This document shows positions 21,701 through 30,767 of a stretch of DNA of 64,000 nt, one piece after another (position 1 is the stretch's first letter; the number at the start of each line of letters is the position of its first letter). Source of the stretch: Alphaproteobacteria bacterium (GTDB lineage: Bacteria > Pseudomonadota > Alphaproteobacteria > SP197); NCBI GenBank assembly GCA_964291265.2, contig OZ219747.1, positions 2,336,001 to 2,400,000 of the forward strand, in the 5' to 3' direction. The position numbers were made by a program, and so were the translations under genes. The notes beneath the pieces are model-generated. The model was not told where the DNA came from, made no database searches, and saw only the letters and a list, made by a program, of their open reading frames with translations.

Positions 21701-22253
21701 GCTCACGGCTCACGATGTCGAACGCAAGATCGAACTTGTCACTGAGTTCATCCTGCCATTGTTCGACCAGGCTGCCGGGCGCGATGATGAGACAGCGCTC
21801 AAGGCTGCCCCTGAGCAGAAGCTCCTTGATGAGCAGTCCAGCCATGACCGTCTTGCCGGCCCCGGGATCGTCGGCCAGAAGAAAGCGCAGTGGCTGACGC
21901 TCCAGCATCGTGCCGTAGACCGCCGTCAACTGGTGAGGCAGGGGTTCAATGTGTGACGCATTGACCGCCGCGTAGGGATCAAAGAGGTGGGCAAGGCGAA
22001 TACGAAGCGCCTCCGCGGCAAGCCTGAAGAGATGCCCATCACCATCGAAGGCAAACCGTCTGGCGGGAACAACTTCGCTCAATCGGGGTTCGTCATCGCG
22101 ATAGAGGACCCGCTGGCCCAGACCGGCCGGCCCTTTCCAGGTTATCTCAACCGCATCGGTGCCATAGGCGCGCGTGGCGACAATCTCCACCGCTCCTTCA
22201 CCGACGAGGCCCGTGAGGCGGCTGCCCTGCACAATGTTCTCAAGCCTTATCAT
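18714..22253 (-). CDS. SNF2-family helicase with C-terminal DUF3883 nuclease domain
   Basis: LADDPGAGKT, DEAH, TATPH, GEGVNLQ, WNPNRLEQRFGRIHRIGQ, GYDIES...FIEVKGR; alternative GTG start 22268. Confidence 0.92.
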   Translation of the reverse strand: MIRLENIVQGSRLTGLVGEGAVEIVATRAYGTDAVEITWKGPAGLGQRVLYRDDEPRLSEVVPARRFAFDGDGHLFRLAAEALRIRLAHLFDPYAAVNASHIEPLPHQLTAVYGTMLERQPLRFLLADDPGAGKTVMAGLLIKELLLRGSLERCLIIAPGSLVEQWQDELSDKFDLAFDIVSRERVETSVTGNPFAEGQRLIARLDMLARNDDLRAKLEKAPPWDLIVCDEAHRMSASFFGQEVRYTKRFQLGSLAGRLTRHLLLMTATPHNGKEEDFQLFMGLLDADRFEGRFRQGVRKVDPSDMMRRLTKEELYRFDSRPLFPERRAYTVSYELSEREAELYEAVTRYVREEMNRADRLAVDGAKRRNNIGFALQILQRRLASSPAAIHESMKRRLARLEARLVEERHGRKNPPVRDRLSSVATELSFDENDFEEATGEELEVHEDRLVDRATAAQTITELEAEIAELRRLEGMAHTLRRSGEDTKWRELDRILDDPMVLGQEGGARRKIVIFAEARDTLTYLANRIRDRTGIPESVELIHGSVPRDRRRAIIAAFNDDPVLRFLLANDAAGEGVNLQRGGHLMVNYDLPWNPNRLEQRFGRIHRIGQTEVCHLWNLVASETREGAVYQRLLEKLETAREALGGKVYDVLGELFEDRPLKDLFMEAIRYGERPEVRANLFRTIDGKVDIDNINDLVARNKLTREGLDPSTVRGVRDAMERAAASRLQPHHIGSFFEVALAEAGGRMRRREKGRVEIMRVPPLLRDRDRLIGRSDPVLERYRRICFDKTHVSGQPQAALVAPGHPLLDALIDLTLERYRDLLTRGAALVDVADRHDAPRVLVALRHAIRDGRTVRNGQPQIVSERLQFVWLDENGRAAEGGPAPYLDCRPLDGAEREVVAALLDDPWLKGPLEDRARALAISDLVPRHLDEVRVKHLGDLDKVEDAVKDRMRREITHLTHRALEVEAEECAGKRSRLNSANIRRQVDTLYERLQRRLADIERQRDIAPLPPEICGAALIVPARLLGNGSTDDDGGDPPDTTHDSLSRAETETMAMEAVMAHERGLGNEPRDVSSEDRGYDIESREPETGRLRFIEVKGRRADARTITLTRNEILTALNAGETFILAAVLVRDGVAQEPLYVPDPAPLFGSEPGFNEVNRAITIASIAAAAQQTTRQDI

Positions 22254-22302
22254 GTCGAAGGAATACACCGCTTTACGTGAATGGCGCTATTGAAAGATTG
22301 TA

Positions 22303-22330
22303 ATAACTACTCACCCCTTGTTGGGGTCTG
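22303..22330. mobile_element. Solitary relic end of the IS66 element found at 49695
   Basis: ATAACTACTCACCCCTTGTTGGGGTCTG vs GTAACTACTCACCCCTTGTTAGGGTCTG, 26/28 identical. Confidence 0.75.
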
Positions 22331-22413
22331 ACGGGGCACCATGTAGTAAGCCTTCGGTCACGCAGTGACAGGGACACAACGGAACTGATCGAGCACGAGC
22401 GAGACCCCTAGCC

Positions 22414-24829
22414 CTGCCGAGTAATGACAATTACGACGTGACGTCAAGGGTCTGAATGTGTTGCAAGGGTTGCCGCTGTCCGGCCCGGAAGCCGACTTGA
22501 TGGCCAAGAACGGCGCTGGTCAGGCGGGTCGCGCCGTGCCACATGATCTGGTGTCCGGGCTCGGGATCATGCTTGCGATCCTGGTACCCGCCGAGATGGG
22601 CCACCAGGCGGACGGCATCCTCGAGGCGGTCGGGCGGCGTCATGCGCTTCTCGGCGGCGTAGTCGCGCAGGAAGCTCAGCTCTTGATCGGTGAACATCAG
22701 CTCGGGCTCACAGTCGGGAACCTGCCGTCCGAGCAGGGTCATGACCATGATGCGCCAGGCGATGACGGCGTTGATGGCGATGGCCCGCTGCAGTCGTTCT
22801 GCGGTCCGGAACAGCAGGAACTCGGTGCGACAGCCTGACTTGAGGACGCGGAAGAAGTCTTCGACCTTCCATCTCTGGAGGTAGAAGCCGACCATCCTGG
22901 CGGCATCCTCGGCGCTGCGCACCTTGAGCGTGGTGAGCAGGAACCACTGCACCGGGTTCTCGCCCTCGGGAGGATCGGTTTCGATGATGTGGACACCGGA
23001 AAGGGCGAGCGGCGCCCGGCCTTCGAGGGTGGAGGGCAAGGTCACGCGGCGGAACCGCAGTGCGCACTGAGCCACGCGTTTGCGTCGGGCCGCACGCGCC
23101 TTCGTTCGGCTCGCCTTCGGACGCTCGCTCAGGCCGTCGACCTCGACGGTGACGCCGCCGTCGGGCGGGCCTGCGCTCAAGGTTGCAAACAGCTTTGCGC
23201 GCCCCTTGCCGAGAACCCGGTCATGTCGGGCTCGGACCAGAAGCCCGACCCGTGGGTTGAGACGTTGATGATCGAACAGCTCGAAGAAGTCCGCTTCCCG
23301 ATCACAGACCGAGATCACGCGCGTCGTGCTTGCGACGTCGCGAACCGCTTCGTCGATGTCCTTGAAGCCTTCCATCCAGCGTCGGCTCTTCAACCGCTCC
23401 TCGGCCGCCGGGGAGCGCTGCTTCACCGCATCGAACCCCAGACGCAGAACCCCGAGCGGCAACCCCGTCTCGCTCACCGCCAGCGTCGCATGCAGGTGCA
23501 AACCCCGGGCCGACGAGGAGGTCTGGTTCTTGCCGATGACCTGAAGACCTTCGCATCCCGGCCGCCGGGAGAAATTGAGGTCGCTCCCGTCCTGGATCGC
23601 CAGCACGGTCGTTTGACCCTGGATGCGCCGGATCGTGCGCTCCCGATGCGGAGCAAGAATGTTCGCCACCGTCACCGCACTCTCCACCGGCTTCTCGATC
23701 AGGCGGTAGAAAGCACTGATCGCCGTGTTGTCGGCATCCGTGCTCGCGTGAATCTTGGAACCGGGACAGGAGGCCAGAAGAGCCGCACTCTTCACCAGGC
23801 GTGCCGACAGTCGCTTGTCACCCAAGGGAGCCCCTCCGAATTCGTTCGCCGCCCACACCGCACCATCCAGACCGTCTCCGGGTCCCAGCGACCAGGCAGG
23901 GTCGACCGGACCCACTCCCAGCTTGCGTCGCCAGCGCCGATCCAGACCGCGCATCCAGACCGTCTTGACGGTCTTGGCAGCGCGATGGTGACGATCCTGA
24001 CGACCCCGACCCTTCGTCCGCCCCGCACACACGAAGTTCGCAGCCCGCAGGCAGGTCCCGGCATAGCCCTCGTCCGCATAGGTTTCCACCACCAGGGGAC
24101 GGAACCCATACCGGGCCTCGAAATCCCTCGGTAGGCGCCGGAGAAGTCGCCCCAGAACATGGCTCGCCAGGTGCCGGCACCGCACCCGAAGCAGAAACCG
24201 GCTCAGACAGACCACCCGCTGGAGATGATCCCGCCGCTGGGACGGCGTCCATGCCATCCAGCGGTCGCGGGCCTCGCCCGTCAACGCCGCCGCCGAGATC
24301 CCGACCGCACCCAGGATCCCGTGCTCCGACGTCACAAGATAGCGCACCTGACAGCCGGCAAACGTCGTCATGCCATGAGGATGCTCGCGCGCCATCAACG
24401 TGTTCCATACCGTTCGCTCCGAAACCTCGGTCACCACCGACAGTTGCACCTGCGCAATCCCGGACAGACGGGACGGCACCCCGACCGGCAGCGGCACTTC
24501 TCCGTCAAGAAGACGCGGAGAGTTGTCCACGGCAGCAGCCTGCGGTGCCGGAAGCCGGATCTCCGGATACGACGATGCCAACGTGGTCAGGGCCTTCAGA
24601 CAACTCGACAGCTGCCAACGCCCGGCCGCGTCCCGGAACGAAAACTCTTCGCATACCCGGCGGCTCGCAGCCCGACGGCCAGAGTGCTGCTCCTGCGACA
24701 GGATGGCAGCAACGCGCGCCCGGGCCCCGTCCTCGCGCAGAGTGTGAAGAATGCTGGATTGTGCCATCATGGCGGCAAGCTAGCGCAGACCGAGCGGCAC
24801 GTCCAGACCTAATTTTCATGACATGGCAG
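22414..24829 (-). mobile_element. IS4-family (IS50-like) insertion sequence
   Basis: TIRs CTGCCGAGTAATGACAATT / CTGCCATGTCATGAAAATT (15/19); flanking repeat CCCTAGCC at 22406-22413 and 24830-24837. Confidence 0.85.
22431..24770 (-). CDS. IS4-family transposase fused to an N-terminal DUF4338-like domain
   Basis: WAANEFGGAPLGDKRL, IQDGS, VCDREAD, YLQRWKVEDFFRVLKSGC; N-terminal RDRWMAW...LSRFL...HLASHVL...VVETY. Confidence 0.88.
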   Translation of the reverse strand: MMAQSSILHTLREDGARARVAAILSQEQHSGRRAASRRVCEEFSFRDAAGRWQLSSCLKALTTLASSYPEIRLPAPQAAAVDNSPRLLDGEVPLPVGVPSRLSGIAQVQLSVVTEVSERTVWNTLMAREHPHGMTTFAGCQVRYLVTSEHGILGAVGISAAALTGEARDRWMAWTPSQRRDHLQRVVCLSRFLLRVRCRHLASHVLGRLLRRLPRDFEARYGFRPLVVETYADEGYAGTCLRAANFVCAGRTKGRGRQDRHHRAAKTVKTVWMRGLDRRWRRKLGVGPVDPAWSLGPGDGLDGAVWAANEFGGAPLGDKRLSARLVKSAALLASCPGSKIHASTDADNTAISAFYRLIEKPVESAVTVANILAPHRERTIRRIQGQTTVLAIQDGSDLNFSRRPGCEGLQVIGKNQTSSSARGLHLHATLAVSETGLPLGVLRLGFDAVKQRSPAAEERLKSRRWMEGFKDIDEAVRDVASTTRVISVCDREADFFELFDHQRLNPRVGLLVRARHDRVLGKGRAKLFATLSAGPPDGGVTVEVDGLSERPKASRTKARAARRKRVAQCALRFRRVTLPSTLEGRAPLALSGVHIIETDPPEGENPVQWFLLTTLKVRSAEDAARMVGFYLQRWKVEDFFRVLKSGCRTEFLLFRTAERLQRAIAINAVIAWRIMVMTLLGRQVPDCEPELMFTDQELSFLRDYAAEKRMTPPDRLEDAVRLVAHLGGYQDRKHDPEPGHQIMWHGATRLTSAVLGHQVGFRAGQRQPLQHIQTLDVTS

Positions 24830-24835
24830 CCCTAG

Positions 24836-26619
24836 CCCGGATTTGTCACCAAGTTTCCTATTGATGGGGATGGGGTTTGTGATATATGCACAAGACCAAT
24901 GAGTTACATACACCAAGGAGCCCATCCACATGGCGACACAGTGTTCAGCACAACAACTGGAGTTTGAAGGTCTCGGACGGCGGCAGATTGTGGCTAATTT
25001 CGATGGTGGCCGCATGACCTCCGACGGTGGTGCGCTTCTGTTGCGGGAAGCAGACAGGCTTTTCAACGTGACGGAGCGTGTCGCTGGCGCTTTTGTTGAT
25101 TATCGTGATCCCAGTCGCATTGAACACGATGTGACGACACTGGTGGCGCAGCGCATCATCGCTTTGGCTCTGGGTTACGAGGGTCTCAACGATCATGACC
25201 GTCTGCGTGACGACCCTGCTCTGGCCCTGGCTTGCGGGATCGACGATGTGGAGGGAGAGAGACGGGTTCGCGAGCGGGACCGTGGACATGTGCTGGCGGC
25301 CTCGAGCACGCTGAACCGCCTGGAACTCGGCGATCCGCATGAGGCGAGCCTGGACCGCTACAAGAAGATCGTGGCCGATCACGAAGCACTGGACTGTCTT
25401 CTTGTGGACCTGTTTCTGGAGAGCCATGCGGAACCGCCCAAGGAGATTGTTCTGGATCTTGATGCCACCGACGATCCGGTGCATGGCGACCAGGAGGGCA
25501 AGTACTTCCACGGCTATGACGACCACCATGGCTTCCTGCCGCTGTTCGTCGTCTGCGGCGAGCACATCCTGCGCTGCCGGTTGCGGACGGCCGACCATGG
25601 CGCGGCGGATGGCTCGGTGGATGAGCTGTCACGGATCGTTGAGCAGATCCGCGGCACGTGGCCCCGGACACGGATCGTGGTGCGGGGGGATGCCGACTTC
25701 GGCACGGACGACATCATGGTCTGGTGCGAGGACCATGGTGTCGACTATGTCTTTGGATAGGGTCAGAATCCTCGCTTGAACAGCATGGTCACGAAGGCAC
25801 TCAACAAGTCGAGGCGGCGTTGTCTGGTGTCCGGCAAGCCATCCAGACGGTATCGGGATCTGCGGTATCGCACGCAGAAGTCATGGTCCCGCGAGCGGCG
25901 AGTGGTGGCCAAGGCGGAATGGCTACCGGGACCGCGCGGCAAGAACGCTCGTTACATTGTGACGAGCATCTCCAGGAAGGAGGTCGGCGCTCGGGAACTC
26001 TATGAGCAGTTGTACTGTGCTCGGGGAGACATGGAGAACCGGATCAAGGATCAGCAGTTGTGGCTGTTCTCCGATCGCACGTCGTGCCATGTCATGCGGG
26101 CCAACCAGCTGCGCATGTACTTCTCGGCCTTTGCCGGCGCCCTCGTCGACATCCTGCGCCGTGTCGGCCTGCACGGCACCGAGTGTGCCCGCTGGCGCGT
26201 CGACACCATACGCTCCCGGTTGTTCAAGCTTGCCGGCAGGGTGACGAAGACGGTGCGCCGGCTTCGCCTCTCCTTTGCCTCGATCTTCCCCTTGCAGGAG
26301 GTGTTCGCCCGCACTCTCGTCAACCTGCGTGCCGCGGCCCAGGCGCCGCCGCCGGGATAGCTTGTGCTGCATCCCATCACAGTCTGATCACAGCGTCTCC
26401 CGAAGGCGTCGCCAGGGGTGTGCCTGGCGCATGTCCCGGCATAGACACGAACGCCAAAAAACGGCTTTCGGCTCCCTTGGCCTGCCAAAATGAGCCGAAA
26501 AACTATCCCAAATGCGACACGATTCCGCCAACAGCGCAATCAAAGTGAACCTTGTCTGCGCCCGAGGCTGAAGATTACGCCATCATTCCACTATCATTCC
26601 CCTTGGTGACGGAACCGGG
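24836..26619 (+). mobile_element. IS1380-family insertion sequence
   Basis: TIRs CCCGGATTTGTCACCAAG / CCCGGTTCCGTCACCAAG; CTAG on both flanks (24832-35, 26620-23). Confidence 0.88.
24930..26360 (+). pseudogene. IS1380 transposase with in-frame TAG at 25758-25760
   Basis: FDGGRMTSDGG, LDLDATDD, RGDADF, YCARGDMENRIKD; both ORFs share one frame. Confidence 0.88.
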
Positions 26620-26885
26620 CTAGACAGTGCGTAGTTGCCACTGTCATCCTCATCAACATCGCCCTTTGACCGAACGTTCACCTTCAGGCTAAGCTTTGAC
26701 TGCGTGTGCCCTCCCTACGCGCCGTGTTCGCTGTGCCGTCTCGTACCACTCCGAGCTTGATTGGTGAACGGTAAGGCGTAAATATAGCCTTTTAAGCAGG
26801 ACGGCGGCACCCCATCGGGCGGGCTAGGATAAGTCCTGCTTTTCTGGTTGTCGACTAGGGACGTAGGATATTTAGGAGTACATAT

Positions 26886-28088
26886 GTGATGCCAAGAATT
26901 AGTCGTGGAAAAGGACGAGAGCGACGACTGCGTGAGAGACTCTTTGACGCAGGGAACAATAGATGCCCAATATGTCTTTCCGTCTTTAATCGATCAGATG
27001 TATCGAATGGAACAAGCGTGACGCTTGAACACGCGCCACCCAAGTCATTAGGAGGAAATCCGATATGTTTGACCTGCAAGGCTTGCAACAACAAGACAAG
27101 CAAAGCAGACCATCACGCATTCTTGTCTGCAAAAGCTAGAGATGAGTGGGCGGGAGGCCAAGGATCTCCCATTGACGTGAATTTTCTGGGCCATAAGAGA
27201 AAATACAGGTTTATCCCCAAAAATTCAAACGCTCCGTTTCCGGCACAGAAACACCTGTTTCAAAGCGGCATCATTAAACTAGATGCGTTACCATCGAAAT
27301 TGGACTTGTGTGCATATGAAGGAATCAGTTTCAAGATTCCACACCGCGACGACTTTGAATTTGTGAGCATGATTAAATCCGCCTATCTAATGGTTTTCGC
27401 TCTAATGGGTACACATGGATATCAATTCGCTGAAAATGTTGGAGTTCGTTTAATCAGAGAACAAATAATGAACCCTGAAGAGAAAATACTTAAAGGCGGT
27501 TTTGTCGGTGAAATGAAAGTTGATTCCGAGGACTTCCGCAAAATTGATAGGACAATAGTTTTCTTGCTCAATACAAGCCCCTATCCAATTTGGATAGTGC
27601 CGATGTCGCATGGTAGGATAGTTGTTTTGCCATCTGGCAACGCAGAACCAATCAATGAGTTAGTGATGAGTCCGAAACGAGTTGATGTTTCACTTGGCAA
27701 TTTGACTGGGTGGATATCGAGAAAGTTCAGTGATTCATCTGCAATTGGAGGCCCTATCAGAGAGTGGGGGAGCGACTTGCAAAAAACATCACTGGTGGGT
27801 ACTTTTGCCGGACCTATTCCCACAAGTAGGGAGCATTGGCGGTTTATTGTTGTTTTTTGTCAGGCGCAAAGGTATGTGGCATTGCCATTTTCTCCAATGG
27901 ACTGTCTTGACGAGGACTGTTCTGATGATTTAGATTTCATCAATGTAGTTGATATGTTTGGCGAGCCGGAGGTTAGGGGGAGAAAATTGGATAGGAGTCA
28001 ACTCACAACTACCGGCTTTTCTCATGCGAGAGAAATTACTATGGTCCGCAAGACAGGGAATGATGAACAAGGCTTTAAGGAGGATTAA
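26886..28088 (+). CDS. HNH-endonuclease-domain protein, low-GC cargo
   Basis: CPIC...TLEHAPPKSLGG...CLTCKACNN; AGGAG RBS; visibly AT-richer than its flanks. Confidence 0.75.
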   Translation: MMPRISRGKGRERRLRERLFDAGNNRCPICLSVFNRSDVSNGTSVTLEHAPPKSLGGNPICLTCKACNNKTSKADHHAFLSAKARDEWAGGQGSPIDVNFLGHKRKYRFIPKNSNAPFPAQKHLFQSGIIKLDALPSKLDLCAYEGISFKIPHRDDFEFVSMIKSAYLMVFALMGTHGYQFAENVGVRLIREQIMNPEEKILKGGFVGEMKVDSEDFRKIDRTIVFLLNTSPYPIWIVPMSHGRIVVLPSGNAEPINELVMSPKRVDVSLGNLTGWISRKFSDSSAIGGPIREWGSDLQKTSLVGTFAGPIPTSREHWRFIVVFCQAQRYVALPFSPMDCLDEDCSDDLDFINVVDMFGEPEVRGRKLDRSQLTTTGFSHAREITMVRKTGNDEQGFKED

Positions 28089-28347
28089 GAGACATAAAGT
28101 GTGTTAAGCTGAATTTCGCCGGGCGGTAATCGAACCATTCCTTGAGGTGACCACGGTTGCCCTCCAGCACCGCCAGCTCCAATACGAACCCACCCGTGCG
28201 GTCGGGGCGATACCAAGTTCCACGACGACCTCGACCTGATGTGTGTCACCTTCGATGTATTGTTGCCGCCCGAGGATCAGACCGCGAACCAGTGTCAAAC
28301 GCGTGGTGGTCGAACGAAACCGGGCTGTCCTGAGACGGAGCCTGGCC

Positions 28348-29505
28348 TCAGGATTCCGTGCCCGATGCCATGATCTGTGTCATGACGTTCCCGACCCGCT
28401 CCGCCGCCGCCTCGACATCCCTGTCCGCAACGTGGGCATAGCGCAGGGTCATTGACACTTGGCGGTGACCGAGGAGTTTCGCCACTGTCGGAAGTGGCAC
28501 ACCATTCAGGACAGCCTGGCTGGCAAAGTTGTGTCGCAGGTCATGCAGACGCACATCCTCGATGCCGGCCCGTTTGCGGAGGGTAATCCACATCTGATCG
28601 ACGCTCGATATGGGTGCGGTTGGATCGCAGGGCGACGGAAAGACATGATCGCTGCCCGCCCTGGGCTGACGAGCAATGATCCGGCGGGCCTTGCTGTTGA
28701 GGTAGACTTTCCGTGGTCCGGTCTTGCTGTCGGCAAGATCGAGCGTGTCGGTTCCGACTTCGGACCACCTGAGGGTTCGGATTTCGCTGCAACGGCATCC
28801 CGTATAGAAGAGCAGGCGAATGATGTCTGCCTGAGCCGATCGCCCCGGGCGTTCGGCGACCAACCGGTCCAGTTCGGCATGCAGGCGACGGGCCTCGTCC
28901 CGGGACAGGAACCGGTTGAACCTGCGTTGCGGGTTCCGGCGAATTCCGTTTGCTGGATTGGTCTCGAGATGACCATGAACCGCCGCGTGGTTGAGAATTT
29001 GGCGCAAGGTGTCAAGAGTCCTGTTAGCACCACCGGGCGCCGTCGCGCTGTAGCGGTCGAACCAGGCCATCACCTCCTTGCGTGTGATCCGGTCCAGCGG
29101 CATGTCGCCGAAGGTCGGCAACAGTTGATGTGTTAGTACGCTGTCGGTGCTGCGCCGGGTGTTGGGCTTGAGACGACCGAAACACTCGGAACGCCAGACA
29201 CCTGCGACAAAGTCGCCGAAGAGAGGTACGGGAACCAGGGGAGTGTCCACCAGCGGTTCCATGTCGCCGGACTGGATGGCGAGACACCGGGAGCGCGCTT
29301 CCTCGACAGACATGCTTGTCACGGGACCCAGCGTCCGGCGTTTCGAGGAACCGTGCCGGGAGTTCAGGACAACGAACGACTTGTGGCCGGAAGACCGCAC
29401 CCTGACGCCAAGGCCCATAATCCGCGTGTCCCATACGGTATACTCGACGGGCATCGTCGCAAGGCGCGCAATGGTGCGATCACTCAACCGCATCTTTCGT
29501 TTCAT
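28348..29505 (-). CDS. Tyrosine recombinase/integrase 2 with arm-binding N-terminal domain
   Basis: WDTRIMGLGVRV; TGCR, DSKTG, HDLRH, LLGH, TLRY. Confidence 0.95.
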   Translation of the reverse strand: MKRKMRLSDRTIARLATMPVEYTVWDTRIMGLGVRVRSSGHKSFVVLNSRHGSSKRRTLGPVTSMSVEEARSRCLAIQSGDMEPLVDTPLVPVPLFGDFVAGVWRSECFGRLKPNTRRSTDSVLTHQLLPTFGDMPLDRITRKEVMAWFDRYSATAPGGANRTLDTLRQILNHAAVHGHLETNPANGIRRNPQRRFNRFLSRDEARRLHAELDRLVAERPGRSAQADIIRLLFYTGCRCSEIRTLRWSEVGTDTLDLADSKTGPRKVYLNSKARRIIARQPRAGSDHVFPSPCDPTAPISSVDQMWITLRKRAGIEDVRLHDLRHNFASQAVLNGVPLPTVAKLLGHRQVSMTLRYAHVADRDVEAAAERVGNVMTQIMASGTES

Positions 29506-30638
29506 ACCTCGACCCTCCCACCCAGGGCCGAAACAAGGGACTCGGCTACCTCGTGAACCGTGTCATCGGCAAGATGCGTGTACTTGAGCGTGGTCGCTGG
29601 ATCAGTGTGGCCCAGAAGCTTGCCTATGGTGGGGATCGTCTCGCCATGAGCGAGTGCTATCGAGGCGTAGGTGTGACGCAAGTCATGGCAGCGAACATCC
29701 GCGATCCCCGCCTCCGAGCGCACATTGAGCCAGAAGCGGTGGAGCCCACCCGCCGAAAGGTGGCGACCTCCACGGGGAGACGGGAACATCCAGCGGCCCC
29801 TTCGGGGCAGCCCGTCAAGGATCCGGCGTGCCGCTGATGACAGCCAGACCGTGCGCGGGCCCGTCTTGCTGTCACGCAAGTAGAGCTTGCCCTCACGGTA
29901 GTCCGACCACCGGAGACCGAGAACCTCGCTCTTGCGACATCCGGTCAGAAGCAGCAATCGCACGATCGCGGCCAACAGGGAGCTCTTTTCGCGCTTGTCG
30001 TTGAGAACTCGGCCCAAGCGCCTGATCTCGTCGTGGCTGAGGAACCTCTCGCGATGGCGTCGGCGGTAGCGCTTGATGCCTTTGCAAGGATTGGAGCCTT
30101 CCGGACGATAGCCGTAGACCTCGGCCTGCCGCATGATGACGGAAAGAACCGGCGCTGAACGGTCCGCGGCAACGGGCGTGGCATGAAGTGAAGCGAACCA
30201 GCGCTGAACGTCGTGTCGCGTGATGTCCCTTATGGCACGCCCCTTGAAACACGGCAGGATCTGGTTCCTGAGGTAGCCGAGATTGACCTCCAGGGTGCGT
30301 GGCTTCCAGTGCCTCCGGTATCGCTTGAAGACCTCGTCTGCGACATCCTCGAACAGGATGGCTTCGGTCTCGACAGGCAAGGCTCCGTCAGTCGTGGAGC
30401 GTGACGCGAGAAGGGATGTTGCCTTGTTCCGGGCGCACTCCAGAGCCATGGCCCCGGCGTCGCCTATGGGGTGCCAGACCCTCTTGCCGTCGACCTGGCT
30501 GTGAAGGAAGTACCGCTTGCGGCCTGAGGGGAGGATACGCACACCGAAACCCCGGATGACGGTATCCCGAACGTCGAGGGTCTTCTTGTCCGGTTTGAGG
30601 GTATCGACCCGTCGTTGCGTGAGGTGTCTCTTCGGCAT
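29502..30638 (-). CDS. Tyrosine recombinase/integrase 1 with arm-binding N-terminal domain
   Basis: RDTVIRGFGVRI; TGCR, DSKTG, HDLRH, LLGH, TLKY; starts ~130 bp from the right junction. Confidence 0.95.
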   Translation of the reverse strand: MPKRHLTQRRVDTLKPDKKTLDVRDTVIRGFGVRILPSGRKRYFLHSQVDGKRVWHPIGDAGAMALECARNKATSLLASRSTTDGALPVETEAILFEDVADEVFKRYRRHWKPRTLEVNLGYLRNQILPCFKGRAIRDITRHDVQRWFASLHATPVAADRSAPVLSVIMRQAEVYGYRPEGSNPCKGIKRYRRRHRERFLSHDEIRRLGRVLNDKREKSSLLAAIVRLLLLTGCRKSEVLGLRWSDYREGKLYLRDSKTGPRTVWLSSAARRILDGLPRRGRWMFPSPRGGRHLSAGGLHRFWLNVRSEAGIADVRCHDLRHTYASIALAHGETIPTIGKLLGHTDPATTLKYTHLADDTVHEVAESLVSALGGRVEV

Positions 30639-30767
30639 GGCATTCTCCCCGATTCCTGTTGCACCGGGGGGTACGGAAACGACATGAACCCGCTTCCCCG
30701 GCGAAACTTCGTGAGAGAGAACGCTTATTGTTTCAGTTGGTTACAGTTCCGTTTAGCACCACAGGTG

